Assembly: GCF_028641065.1 (NCBI RefSeq) | Contig: NC_073400.1 | Coordinates: 20,274,001 to 20,338,000 of the forward strand | Reading direction: 5' to 3' | Source of the DNA: Leucoraja erinacea | Lineage: Eukaryota | DNA: 64,000 bases | In this document: positions 39,849 to 52,500 of the stretch, piece by piece | Numbering within the stretch: the stretch's first letter is position 1 | Layout of the letters: each line of letters begins with the position of its first letter | Notes under the pieces: generated by a model | What the model saw: only the letters and a program-made list of their open reading frames with translations | What the model was told of the DNA's origin: nothing | Databases searched by the model: none | Made by a program: the position numbers and the translations under genes

Positions 39849-42800
39849 AATAGACAATAGACAGACAATAGATAGGTGCAGGAATAGGCCATTCGGCCCT
39901 TCGAGCCAGCACAGCTATTCAATATAATCATGGCTGATCATCCACAATCAGTACCCCGTTCCTGCCATCTCGCCATATGCCCTGATCTGCTATCTTTAAG
40001 AGCTCTACCTAACACTCTCTTGAAAGCAACCAGAGAATTGGCCTTCACTGCCTTCTCAGGCTGAGAATTCCACAGATTCACAACTCTCTGGGTGAAAAGG
40101 TTTTTCCTCATCTCCGTTCCAAATGGCCTACTCCTAATTCTTAAACTGTGGCCCCTGGTTCTGGATTCCCCCAACATCGGGAACATGTTTCCTGCCTCTA
40201 GCATGTCCAATCCCTTAATAATCTTACATATTTCAATAAGAATCCCTCTCATCCTTCTAAATTCCAGAACATACAAGCCCAGCTGGTCCATTCTATCAAC
40301 ATATGACAGTCTCGCCATCCCGGGAATTAACCTTGTGAACCTGCGCTGCACTCCCTCAATAGCAAGAATGTCCTCCCTCAAATTTGGAGACCAAAACTGC
40401 ACACAATACTCCAGGTGTGGTCTCACTCGGGCCCTGTACAACTGCAGTAGGACCTCTTTGCTCCTATACTCAACTTCTCTTGTTATGAAGGCCAACATGC
40501 CATTTGCTTTCTTCACTGCCTGCTGTACCTGCATGCTTACTTTCACTGACTGATGAACAAGGACCCCCAGATCTCATTGTATTCCCCCTTTTTCCAACTT
40601 GACACCATTCAGATAATAATCTGCCTTCCTGTTTTTGCCACCAGAGTGGATAACCTCACATTTACCCACATTAAACTGCATCTGCCATGCATCTGCCCAC
40701 GCACCCAACCTGTCCAAGTCACCCTGCATCCTCATAGCATCCTCCTCACACTTCACACTGCCACCCAGCTTTGTGTCATCTGCAATTTTGCTATTGTTAT
40801 TTTTAATCCCTTCATCTAAATCATTAATGTATATTGTAAATAGCTGCGGTCCCAGCACCGAGCCTTGTGGTACCCCACTAGTCACTGCCTGCCATTCTGA
40901 AAGGGACCCGTTAATCCCTACTCTTTGTTTCCTGTCTGCCAACCAATTTTCTAGCCATGTCAGTACCGTACCCCCGATACATGTGCTCTAATTTTGCCCA
41001 CTAATCTCCTATGTGGGACCTTATCAAATGCTTTCTAAAAGTCCAGATGCACTACATCCACTAGCTCTCCCTTGTCTATTTTCCTAGTTATATCCTCAAA
41101 AAAATCCAGAAGATTAGTCAAGCTTGATTTCCCATTCGTAAATACATGCTGACTCGGACCGTTCCTGCTACTGCTATCCAAATGTGCTGCTATTTCATCT
41201 TTTATAATTGACTCCAGCATCTTCCCCACCACCGATGTCAGGCTAACTGGTCTGTAATTCCCTGTTTTCTCTGTCCCGCCTTTCTTAAAAAGTGGGATAA
41301 CATTAGCTACCCTCCAATCTCCAGGAACTGATCCTGAATCTATAGAACATTGGAAAATGATCACCAATGCTTCCATGATTTCTAGAGCCACTTCCTTAAG
41401 TGCTCTGGGATGTAGACCATCAGGCCCTGGGGATTTATCAACCCTCTGTCCCATCAGTCTACCCAACACCATTTCCTGCCTAATGTGCATTTCCCTCACT
41501 TCCTCCATCACCCTAGGTCTTCTGGCCACTAGTATATCTGGGGGGTTGTTTGTATCTTCCTTAGTGAAGACAGATCCAAAGTTTAACTCGTCTGCCAGTT
41601 CCTTGTTCCCGATAATAAATTGACCTGTTTCTGTCTTCATGGGCCCCACATTTATTTTAACTATTTTTTTCCTCGTCACATACCTAAAGAAGCTTATACT
41701 ATCCTCCTTTATATTCTTGGCTAACTTACCTTCGTACCTCATCTTTTCTCCCCGTATTGCCTCTTTTATTTATTTCTGTTGCTCTTTAAAAGTTTCCCAA
41801 TCCTCTGGCTTTCCGCTCATCTTTGCCATGTTATACATCTTCTCTTCTATTTTTGCACTGTCCTTGACTTCCCTTGTCAGCCACGGTCGCCTCTTACTCC
41901 CCTTAGAATCTTTCTTCCTCTTTGCAATGAACTGATCTTGCACCTTCTGTATTGTTCCCAGAAATACCTGCATTGTTGTTCCACTGTCATCCCTGTCATT
42001 CCTCTTTCCAGTCAAATTTGGCCAGCTCCTCCCTGATGTATCCATAGTCCCCTTTGCTCAACTGTAATACTGACACCTCTGATTTTCCCCTCTCCCTCTC
42101 AAATTGTAGATTAAAACTTATCATATTATGGTCACTACCTCCTAATGGCTCCTTTACCTTATCAAATCCGGTTTATTACACAACACTAAATCCAGAATTG
42201 CCTTCTCCCTGGTAGGCTCCAGTACAAGCTGCTCTAAGAATCCATCTCAGAGGCACTCCACAAACTCCCTTTGTTGGGGTCCAGTACCAACCTGATTTTT
42301 CCATTCTACCTACATGTTCTAAATCTCCCATAACCACCGTAGCATTACCTTTGCCACATGCCAATTTTAACTCTTGATTTAACTTGCACCCTATATCCAG
42401 GCTATTGTTTGGGGGCTGTAGATAACTCCCATTAGGGTGTTTTTACCCTTACAATTCCTCAGTTCTATCCATACTGACTCTACATCTCCTGATTCTATGT
42501 CACCCCTTGCAAAGGACTGAATTTCATTCCTCACCAACAGCGCTACATCACCCCCTCTGCACACCTATCTGTCTTTTCGATAGGATGTATACACCTGTAT
42601 ATTCAGTTCCCAGCCCTGGTCCTCTTGCAGCCATGTCTCTGTAATTCCCACAACATCATACTTGCCAATTTCTAACTGAGCCTCAAGCTCATCCACTTTA
42701 TTTTTTATACTCCACGCATTCATATACAACACTTTAACTTCGGTATTCACCTCCCCACTCACACCGGTCACTATTGGCCCTGACCTTACTCTCTTATCCC

Positions 42801-42985
42801 TTCTCAAACTTTCCTTCCCATTAATTCGGGAGTCTTTTATAACTTTTCCTGTACTCACATCCCTTTTAACAACATCTTTATGCTCCCAATTTGTCTACCC
42901 CTCTTCCCCGCTATTTGGTTTAAACCCACACGTGTAGCACTAGCAAACCTGCCTGCCAGAACGTTGATCTCCCTCCAGTTAAAGT
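39849..42985 (-). mobile_element. CR1-clade LINE, ~3.1 kb, near-complete ORF2 (APE + RT), frameshifted
   Basis: ORF pieces: VLYMNAWSIKNKVDELEAQLEIGKYDVVGITETWL; KSPGPDGLHPR..NYRPVSLTSVVGK; GVPQGSVLGPQLFTIYINDLD..IADDTKL; RPHLEYCVQFWSP. Tail of (CTATTGT)-like repeats. Confidence 0.93.
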
Positions 42986-45900
42986 GACGAGAAGAGGAAT
43001 ATAGCAAAAGGGAAAGAAATGGAGACCAAGGCTGGCTGAGTGAGCCATGCTATTGCTCCCATCTAAGAGGGGTTGGTGAGTGTTTGTTCTGAAGAAGATG
43101 TAAGTTATGGGAATTGTGTGTGGGCAATGGTGAAAGAGCTGAACAAGATGCAGAATACAGCATTTATAATAGAAGTTCATAAGCTTTTACCCAAACTAGA
43201 AAGGCTGGTTATAGAAATGTTGAATTCTGTGTTGATCCCAAGTCCTGCCGAGGCCACAGACAGAGAGGTCCAGGAGATAGTGTCGAGGGAATTGGAATGA
43301 CAGGTGACTGCGATGGGCGTGATGACTGTTGGTTCATCTAGTATGGAGCAGAGCAGGTGTCAGTACCCAATATGGTAAACCAAGTGGAGAACATGCAAGA
43401 AAAGTGTTGCCTCGACAGAAACACCCACCATGACCACTGCCCACCACACCCACCCCACCCCACTGCCTTCCACCCATAGCTCACTATGTCCATGCCACCC
43501 CACCCCCCATTCTTCTACCCATTGCCCACCCAATCCCCGCTCTTCTCACCCACTCCCTTCCCATCTCTGCCCACTTACTCCACCCCAAAATCCCCCACAT
43601 ACAGTTCGCTCCTACCTTATCCATTCCAAACCCCAACAACTTCATCCATCCCACTCCTCTCCCATCTACTGCCCATCCACTCCTCCGACTGCCACACTCA
43701 CCCCCCCCCCTCTCTCCACAACCCCTCCCACCCACTGCCCAGTCTGTCACACAATCATCCCCCTCCAACCCACTGTTTTCACTGCCCACTACCCTAAGGA
43801 CTCTCGCAATTAAAGAGCTTGCCGAGATACTTCAATGTTGTGAGAGTTCCTGCCTGCACCACACTCAGACAGTGTGTTCCAAATTCCAACTGGGTGAAAC
43901 ATATCTGCCCCAGATCCCCCATAAACCTCTTACTCCTTACAGTAAACTAACATCCTTTCATTTTTGTCACCTGTTATTGAGAAAGGTCTCCTACTACATA
44001 TCCACTTTGTCCATCATAATTTTATATACATCAATCAGATTCTCCACCCCTCCCCCTCAGTCTCCTCCGCTTTGAGAAAAACAACCCCATTTTATCCAAT
44101 CTAATGACTGAAATTTTCCATCCTGGACAACATCCTGGTGCACCCTCTCCAGTGTAATTGCATTCGACCGAGAGTATGGTGACTAAACTCTTTACGAGAA
44201 GGTTACTAGATCTGGAAGAATTTTAAGTATAAGAAGAAGCTAGAAAGGCTAGGATTTTTTAGTTTAGTTTATTGTCACATGTATCGAGGTACAGTGAAAA
44301 GCATTTTGGTGTGTGCTAACCAGTAGCAGAAAGACTATCCATGAATAAAATATTGGGGGTGATACAGAGGCCAATTAACCTTGAAACCCACACATCTTTG
44401 GGATGTGGAAGGAAACCGGAGCACCCGGAGGAAATTCCACACTGACAGCACCCGGGGAGAGGATCAAACCCAAGCCTTTTAAGAGGGTAAAGATTTATAA
44501 GGGACCTGAGGGGTAACCTTTTCCTCAGAGAGGGTGGTGGGTGTATGGAATGAGTAAGTGATAGTGGTGGGTAACATTATGACAGTTAAAAGGCACTTGG
44601 ACAGGGACATGGATAAGAAAGATTTGAATGGATATGGGACAGGTGACGTCTAGTGGTACTAGCTCGATTAGGCGACTTGGTCAGCATAGACGAGTTGTGA
44701 TGAAGGGTATGTTTTAGTGCTGTATAGCTCTACTATTTTATAACTTTACAACTTCCTGGCATTTACAATCTGGCCAATGAAGTTAAGTATTTCACATGCC
44801 TTCTTAACCACTTTATGTACCTGTGCTGCCACCTTCAGGGATTGTTGGAGTTCTACACCAATTTCCCTTCATTTGTCAACATGCCCAAGGGCCTTACCAT
44901 ACATGATGTATGACCTATTATTCCTGTCAAAGGCATCATCTCACACTGATTCATCTTAATAACTGATCAGTATCATCCTGCAGTATACAACTCTCCTCAC
45001 TACCAACAACACAATCAATCTTTATGCCATCTGTGAACTTACTAATCGTATCTCCTACAATCATATCCAAATTACTAATCTATAGAAGAAGTAATCAGGG
45101 TCGCAGCACTGATCCCTGTGGCACCATGGGTACCGTCACAACAGCAACTGTCCATGCTTGCCCTATGCCTCCGAGCACCACGCCAATTTTGGATCCAATT
45201 TGCCAATGTGCCCTGGCTCCTAGGGGCTCTTTCCATTTAATTGACTTTCCACACCCCACTAGTGACCTTGTCAACACCCTTACTACAGTCCATATGGATG
45301 ACATCAACCACATGTCCTTGTCAATTCCCTTTGTTATTTGCTCATGAAGTTCAAATTAGCGAGGCAGGATTTCCCCCTTGCAAAGCTATGCTAGCTACTT
45401 TTGATTAATCCCTGCCTTTCCAAATGTAGATCACATTGTTTCTTCAGGAATATTCCCAACAACTTCCCTCCTACTGATGATGTCGGATTCACTGGCCCGG
45501 AATCACATGGCATCTCAACTGCAGCCAATGAAGATATATAAATCTGTCAGAGTTCCTGCCTTCTCCTCTCTTTGCCTCCCATAGCAAACTGCATCTCACC
45601 CACCCTTGGGGACTTACCTGCCTACAAATCTTCTACAACATCTGATACCTCCTCCTATTGAATGCTAACAATGCTCCAGAATTTCACCATCCCCTCCCTG
45701 AATTCTTCAATGACAATGTCTTTCTCCTTAGTGAATACATATGAGACGTATTAATTTAAGACTGCACCTATATTCTTTGGCTCCACACGCACGTTGCTAC
45801 TTTGATCCTAGTTGCCCTATTGTCCCTGATTACCGACCAGACCTATAAAATGCTGTGCGATTTTCCTCAATCCTGCCCGCCACTATTATTTCATGCCCTC

Positions 45901-46469
45901 TTTGCCCTCCTGATTTTGTTTTTAAGTAAACTCCTGCACTTTCTTTACTATTGATTGACCACACTTCTGTCAGTACCTGCTCATTTATTTTTCTTTATCC
46001 TGCTATCGCTATCTTCTGGTAGCTATTTTGTGAACACATTTGATTCGGAGCTCTCCTAGTGTATTTCCCATTTGAATGGTTCCTGCTTGCTGTTTCTGAA
46101 TCTGCCTGCACGTAACTGCTGCCAGTAAATGGATAAATAAAATAGGATTGATGTGGGATTACTGCAAATGGTTGGTTGGTGGTTGAGATGGATTTGAGGG
46201 GCCCAAGGGCCTGTATCTGTGCTGTATCATTTGATGACTCTATGACAGTCTACTTCTGTCATATTGAAATCAGCCTTCCCCTAATTCAGGACCTAATTTA
46301 CCAGACAATTTATATTCCTTTCCAAAACTGCCCTGAAACCTCCAAGTCAGGGACACTGTCGCAGAAATACACGGACACTTCAATAACGCTGCAGCACTGT
46401 AGCTGTAGCACTGCAGCACTATATTCTGTACAGTGCTATTTTTCGCTTTGCACTACTTGTTGTATGTAT

Positions 46470-46530
46470 GTTTAAGAAGGAACTGCAGATGCTGGAAAAT
46501 CGAAGGTAGACAAAAATGCTGGAGAACCCG
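46470..46530 (-). mobile_element. Penelope-terminal repeat fragment
   Basis: tttaagaaggaactgcagatgctggaaaatcgaaggtagacaaaaatgctggagaa, near-identical to 14618-14674. Confidence 0.7.
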
Positions 46531-47159
46531 TCACAGGGCCGGGTTGAGCGGGGCTCCGGGCAGCGGCCACGCGAGGACTGAAACCTGACAACGTCCCCAT
46601 CAGCTGCAGCAGAGTTGGGGACAGTCAGGTCTCTCCACCCACCCAGAGTCACTGATTCCCCCTCCCTTTCCCTCTCCCTCTCCCTCCCACTGACCATCTG
46701 GCATCGTCCCCATCAGCTGCAGCAGAGTTGGGGACAGTCTGGTCCCTCCGCGACCCAGAGCCACTGACTGCGCTGCATCGGCACTCCACCGCCCTCCTCC
46801 CCACCACCGGCCGCGGGGATAGATGGCCCGGGATCCGCGAGTGTGGAATCAGTCACTGTGGAGTCCAGATGCTGAGACAGAAGACGGGCCCGCTACACTG
46901 GAATCCATGGTAAGTGCTCACCTGCAGTTCACCGCGTGTACTCCAGTTGGCGTTGCGTGGCAACAGTACGGGTCATTGGTCCTGACCCGACTGCCGTGCA
47001 ACCTGCCTATGGCTCAATGATTAAACAGGCTCCCACCGTGCGATGTATAGATCACTTTTCATGACAATGCCATGTAACCGAGTGTCTTCAGGTTATGTTT
47101 AGGACATTCAGAGGCCAATGGACCAAGTCTCTTTAACGAGTTGTTTGGAGCCTTTTAAG

Positions 47160-47530
47160 CGACAAAACGCGCATGCGTAATGCGCAAATGCACACATCGC
47201 CTTCACCAAGATGGCGGCGTGTGGGCGACCATCTTAGTGAGGGGCAAATAAAAATATTACAGTAAATACAAATCTTATTGTTCCTTAAATAGTTCAGCAT
47301 AATTAACCCCATTATTAAAATCGAACCAGAACTCAACACAATGTTAATTTTATTTTTACGCATGGTATAATATTGAGTCAGGCCGCCAGTGGTACGCATG
47401 CGCCGAAGGTGGAAGGGCGAAGGGAATCGTGGCCTCAGTCTGATCGGTGGACCCGCCCCTTCGACCATCACGTCCGGTCAGGCTGGGGACTTCCGGTCGC
47501 AGCAGAGCTGAGGACTTGAGCGGTGGGGGG
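47160..47530 (+). promoter_or_regulatory. Probable ETV3 CpG-rich promoter
   Basis: NRF1-like GCGCATGCG 47169-47177 and ACGCATGCGC 47394-47403; YY1 CAAGATGGCGGC 47207-47218; AP-1 TGAGTCA 47374-47380; GC box 47452-47459; ETS ACTTCCGG 47489-47496; 300-600 nt upstream of the start-codon exon. Confidence 0.7.
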
Positions 47531-47791
47531 GACGAAAGAGACGACGTTTGCTCCAGGGGGCAAAATGGACGCCCCGGAGGAGTGTGGGGTATTTACTTAA
47601 AGGGGATGTCAGACACCCCCTCTCTTAAAGGCACCAACCCCCTAACACTCATTATATTGTGCCGACATTTATAAGGCATATGTTGCTCTCAGTTTTCTGA
47701 ACATTTATTATTTTTGGTGGGCTAAGTGAAACAACTTTGATACCAGCCCCCCCCCCGGACCAAAGCCCAGAAACCCAGGTGAAGGCTGACC

Positions 47792-47840
47792 ATGAAAATT
47801 GGTGGTGTGAAGGAGGAGGACGAGGAGGAGGATGGAGGAG
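47792..47840 (+). CDS. ETV3: ETV3 first coding exon
   Basis: accATG AAA...GGA GGA G|gtaagg; MKIGGVKEEDEEEDGG(G), phase 1 as needed by the next exon. Confidence 0.75.
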
Positions 47841-47949
47841 GTAAGGAGAGCTGGGGGAAGTTTCCAGTCGATTGGGGTCTGCAAGTTGTTGGGAGGATGA
47901 TGGTGAAGGGTGGGGGGATGATGGTGAAGGGTGGGGGGTGCCCCTCGTA

Positions 47950-48330
47950 GTGGCATGGCACACCCTTGGCCGCCTCTGACCAAGGTGCAACATTCCCTCA
48001 GTGCCTCTCCTCCTGTGGCAGGGAGCTCCCACATGACTGCCTCTCATGGCATGGCGCTCCCTCAATGCTGCCTCTCCCATGGCACAGCGCTCCTTCGGTG
48101 CCTCCCCCACAGCATTGTACTCCATCAGTGCCTCCCATCTCACCGCACGGTGTTCCCTCGGTGCCTCCACTCCCACGGCATGGCACTCCCTTGAGACCGG
48201 TGCTGCCATGGCACGGCGCTGCCACAGTACTGCCACTGCCAAGGCACGGCGCTCGCTCAAGACGGCTCTCTCGAGGTATGGCGTTCCCGCAGCACTGCCT
48301 CTACTACGGCATGGCACTCCTCTGCCGCCG
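47950..48330. repeat. ~30-bp degenerate minisatellite (gcatggcgctccctc.gtgcctccccc)
   Basis: Directly visible recurring units. Confidence 0.7.
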
Positions 48331-49118
48331 TTGCTTACTTGGTGCCTTCATTTCCACTGCTCAATGCTCTCCCAGCATTGACACTCCCTTGATCTCGCAG
48401 TGAACATACTGTGTCTGATGTTCTTACTTACCCAGGTATCTAAAGATCACCTACCACATTTCAGGCCCGGTGTGCTGATGATCCTGTAAAATCTCCTTGC
48501 ATTCCATGCTTTGATTTTAGAATTTTGCATTTCTATTTCTCAGTCTGAATCTCAGGCTTGACATTTTCCTCAGAGTTTGTTGTGTCCATATTCCATATTC
48601 CAAGCCAGTTACCCGTGCCCAGTTTAATCCTTTCGTTTCAGGCTGATTACCCAGCTGTGCTACTAACCTACTGCTTTTGGGCCTTTTATTCAGGCATGAC
48701 TGACAGCTAACTCTCTGCTTTCAAGATATCAGGACTGCTCACTTGTGTCTATCAGTTCTCTTTGTATTTTGGGCAACATTCCTAACCTTAAAATATCCTT
48801 TCATTTCTGTATTAGATGTTTCTGGGGTACCTCCCAGGCTTTGCTTATTCCTTGGCAGCAACGTTTCTTCCTGTCCACACCAGGCCCAGTTTTTTTTCTG
48901 GAGGGGAGGTGTGATCTACTCCTAACTCCTGTATTCAAAGTTTCCGGCCTATTTCCCAGGCCTGGCCTACTACGAGTGCAAATCCTTTGTGTTCGACCTC
49001 TCCTTCAGGGTTTGGTAATTGTACTTATGTCTCTGGTCTGTATTTGGAGCCTAACTTTCTATCTCAGCCTTTTTCTACTAGTTGTCTGTGCGTGTCCAAA
49101 TATTTTGGCTTATTAATT

Positions 49119-49427
49119 AGGTTTAGCTTAGAGATACAGCGCGGAAACAGGCACTTCGGCCCTCCTATTCCACGCCGACCAGCGATCACCCCGCACACGA
49201 ACACTATCCTACAAACACTGGGGGTAATTTATAATTATACCAAGCCAATTAACTTACAAACTTGTACGTCTTTGGAGTGTGGGAGGAAAACGGAGATCCC
49301 GGAGAAAACCCACGCAGATCATGGGGGAACCTACAAACTCCGTACAGACAAATACCTATGGTCAGGATCGAACCCGGATCTGGTGCTATAAAGCCGCAAC
49401 TCTACTACTGCGCCACCGTGTCGCCCT
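49119..49427 (-). mobile_element. tRNA-derived SINE (HE1/V-SINE-like)
   Basis: Minus strand GGGCGACACGGTGGCGCAGTAG (A box)...GGGTTCGATCC (B box), conserved central part, CTAAAC-type tail. Confidence 0.85.
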
Positions 49428-49704
49428 ATTGCGCAACCTAGCTAGGCATCTATGCATCTCTGTTCTGTGGATTGGGTGTTTGGGACTATCACCCTAGTCG
49501 TGTGAGTGAAAATGTGAGTGGGTGATCTTATGGCCCATTTCTCAGGCTGCCTACTGATATTTTTCAGCCTACCTCTTGCACAATACTTATCTCTCTGAGT
49601 CCTTGTTCTATATTTTTGACCCATCTCCTAGGCCAAGCCTAGTTCTATCCCTATGTTTTGGTCCTGTTGGTGACCCCTGTGTGCTTCGGGCCTACTCTCC
49701 GCAG

Positions 49705-49939
49705 GCATCGGCTATCCAGACTGGGCCTACAAGCCTGACTCCAGCCCCGGGAGCCGTCAAGTCCAGCTCTGGCACTTCATCCTGGACCTACTGCGCAGGG
49801 AGGAGTTCCGGGAGGTGATCGCATGGCAGGGAGACTTCGGGGAGTTTGTCATCAAGGACCCCGACGAGGTGGCTCGCCTGTGGGGAGCGAGGAAGTGCAA
49901 GCCTCAGATGAACTACGATAAGCTCAGCAGGGCCCTCAG
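49705..49939 (+). CDS. ETV3: ETV3 ETS exon A
   Basis: 235 nt; [78 protein letters not shown]. Confidence 0.95.
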
Positions 49940-50251
49940 GTTAGATACAGAGCGAAGCTGCCTCTACACCGTCCCATCACACACTCCCAGATCACGGGTC
50001 AGCGACAGAGTGAAGCTTCCCCCACACTGTCTCATCAGGAGTGGAACTCCCTTAACATACTTTCACATAACCCCAGGTCAGGGATTACATAAAGTTTCAA
50101 CCCTCACATTCACACTTGCCCCCTCATGTCCTCCGCTTCCCATTATTTTGTTTCTTCCCTGAACTCATCATCCCTCTTTTTATGTCCCTCCGCATCCCCC
50201 TCCCCCTCCCCCTCCATTTTCTCTCCACCGTCATCTCCATCTCTACCCCAG

Positions 50252-50367
50252 GTATTACTACAACAAGCGGATCCTTAATAAGACCAAAGGCAAGAGATTC
50301 ACCTACAAGTTCAACTTCAGTACCCTGGTGATGGTCAGCCACCCCCTCCTGGGTCTTCGGGACAGTG
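50252..50367 (+). CDS. ETV3: ETV3 ETS exon B
   Basis: 116 nt; [38 protein letters not shown]. Confidence 0.95.
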
Positions 50368-51483
50368 GTAAGTTGGGGGTAATGAGGGTGGAAACTAATC
50401 CAGGGGTTCAGGGATTCATGGATAGAATACTAGATACCAGGAATTGAGTTATGTGCTGGGATCTAATCAAGGGGTTTGAGAAAGAGGGAGGCAGAGAGTG
50501 TAAAAGATAGGTGCGAGAGGGAATGATGAATGTTAAAACCTGGAAGGAAGTAAGACAAGAGGTTGATCGAGGGGGCAATGAGTGTGAACAAGGGGGAAGA
50601 GGTGAGAGAGGGGGAAGATGATGAAGTGGGGGGAAAGAGGGCTAGCATGGGGGGGACGAGAGCGAGCAAGGGGAGACAGCATTAGCCAGGGAGGAGGAAG
50701 AGGATGAGGGAGGGGGAAGAGGGCAAAGGAGGGAGGGAGGAGGGCTGAGGGAGAGGGAGGGGAAAGAGGACGAGGGTAAGCGGGCTGGCGAGGGCGTAAT
50801 GATGGTGAGCAAGGGAAGAAAAAGAGAGTGAGGTGGGGAAGAGGGTGAGCGATGGAGATAAAAGCAGAACAAGGGAGGAACAAGGGAGGGTAGGAGGCCG
50901 GGCGGGATGGGAAGGGAGAGGGCGAACAAGGGGAGGAAAAGAGTGACCACGGTATGGGAAGTGGGTGAGATATAGGGGTGAGGGCAAGCTGAGGGGGTGA
51001 GGGCATGCGAGGCTGGGGAGAGGGCGAGCAGAGCGTGAGAGGGTCATTGAGAGTGGGGAGAGGGTCAGCAAGGGTGAAAAGAGGGGGAAGTGGGCAAGCG
51101 AGCAGTGGGGTGGGGAGTAAGAGAAGAAGCCGAGAGGGAGTAGTGCAAGTGAGGGTGGGCTTTGGGCATGAGTGGGCAGGGGGCAGGAGAGTGAGAGGGG
51201 TGGATGGTGAAGGGGTGGGGAAGAAAAGGGAGCAGGAGGGTGAGAGGGTTGGATGGTGGGGAAGAGTGCACAAGGGCAGAGAGAGCGTGCATGAACAGGG
51301 AGTGTGCACATGAGGCGAAAGAGAGTGGGAGAAGGGTAGGAGAGGGTGGGTAGGGGTCGAGGGTGAGAGAGTTTGGGCAGGTGGGTGAGGTGTGGCTGTG
51401 GGTGAGGGTCTGCTCTAGTTTTGTGGGATCGGGGCTCCATGCATTTCTAATTTTTAATTCATCTTTTCTTTCACCCTCCCCAG

Positions 51484-52160
51484 GTGCTATGGCGCCACAC
51501 AGCGCCCCCCCAATTCCCTCGGCCTACCCTCTGCTTCGATCCCTTGGTCCGCTGTCTCCCGGACCCCTCCGTCCGGCCCGGGGCTCCGTGTCTGACGGCA
51601 GCGTGGGGACGCCGGGCCCTCTGGAGCCCGAGGAACCGGCCAGAGTGCTGGCCTACCCCTTCCTCTCGCCACTGCCCCTGCTGTGTCCCCAGTCCGCCAG
51701 CCCCTTCTCCACCCTGTCTCACCCAAGGCTGGGGGCAGCCTCACCCCCGGGCGGGCCACTCCACTTCACCTTCAGCCCCGAGGAGACGTTCCTCTACCTC
51801 CGATCCGGGGTCCGGGCCTACCCCCCAAGCCTCCACCGCCTGCCCAGCTCTCTGGGACATCTCCCTGCCAGGCCTCCCCCTCCACCGGAGGAGCCGACGA
51901 CCAGCTTCCGGCTGCAGCCCCCGCCGCTCGGCGGCCGCAGGGTCCGGGGGACGGAGAGGCCCGTGGCTGTGGTCCAGGGAGTGCCGCCGACCCCGTGCGA
52001 GCAGCCGAGGAAGGTGGGCTCTCCTTGCCTGCCCGCCAAGCTGCGCTTCAAGATGCAGCGGATAGAGGGGAAGAGTCCCGGCAGCGACCCCAGCTTTGGC
52101 CGCTGGGCTCCCCCCACCCTGCCTGACGGTGTTGGGGCAGTCGTGAGGGGCACAGAATGA
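51484..52160 (+). CDS. ETV3: ETV3 terminal coding exon
   Basis: cag|GT GCT ATG GCG CCA CAC AGC GCC CCC; in ORF 51363-52160; HFTFSPEETFLYL, SFRLQPPPLGGRR, CLPAKLRFK. Confidence 0.88.
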
Positions 52161-52339
52161 TCCCGGCAGTGGACTGGGAGCGGGAGCCACCGCTGCCTAG
52201 CTAATGACTGAACTGCTGAGTTTGGAGCTGAGCTATGGAAGGAGTACATCCCTTCATCCTTCCCCCTACCCCAGACCTTTTGCTCAAACCCTCCTCCCTC
52301 CGCATCTTCTTCACCCTGCCCTCTGCCTCCCATTACCCA

Positions 52340-52500
52340 ACCCTTACCCCACCTCATCCTCCCATTACCCTGCCCTCTCCATCTTCATGCTCCTGTTACC
52401 CCATCCTCTCATTACCCTCATCCTCTCATTACCCTCATCCTCTCATTACTCTGCCCTCTCTATCTTCATGCTCCTATTAACATTTCCACTCATTACCCTC
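52340..52500. repeat. Short tandem repeat (cattaccctcatcctct) in the ETV3 3' UTR
   Basis: Directly visible. Confidence 0.6.

Larger units (their letters stand above)
47792..52160 (+). other. ETV3: ETV3 gene, ERF-subfamily ETS repressor (join 47792-47840,49705-49939,50252-50367,51484-52160; 358 aa)
   Basis: PDWAYK..SSPGSRQ ETS domain; N-terminus MK..GGG like ETV3; downstream APHSAPPIP, FTFSPEE, FRLQPPPLG, PAKLRFK motifs; lies upstream of ETV3L. ERF is the alternative assignment. Confidence 0.8.

Noticed and set aside
49380-49427. tRNA gene
   Set aside because: The A/B boxes belong to a SINE head; no complete cloverleaf.
47792-52160. Assignment as ERF
   Set aside because: WQGD and KLRFK are ERF-like, but the longer first exon ending GGG, the tandem ETV3L and 1q23-type neighbours favour ETV3; a phylogeny is needed to be certain.
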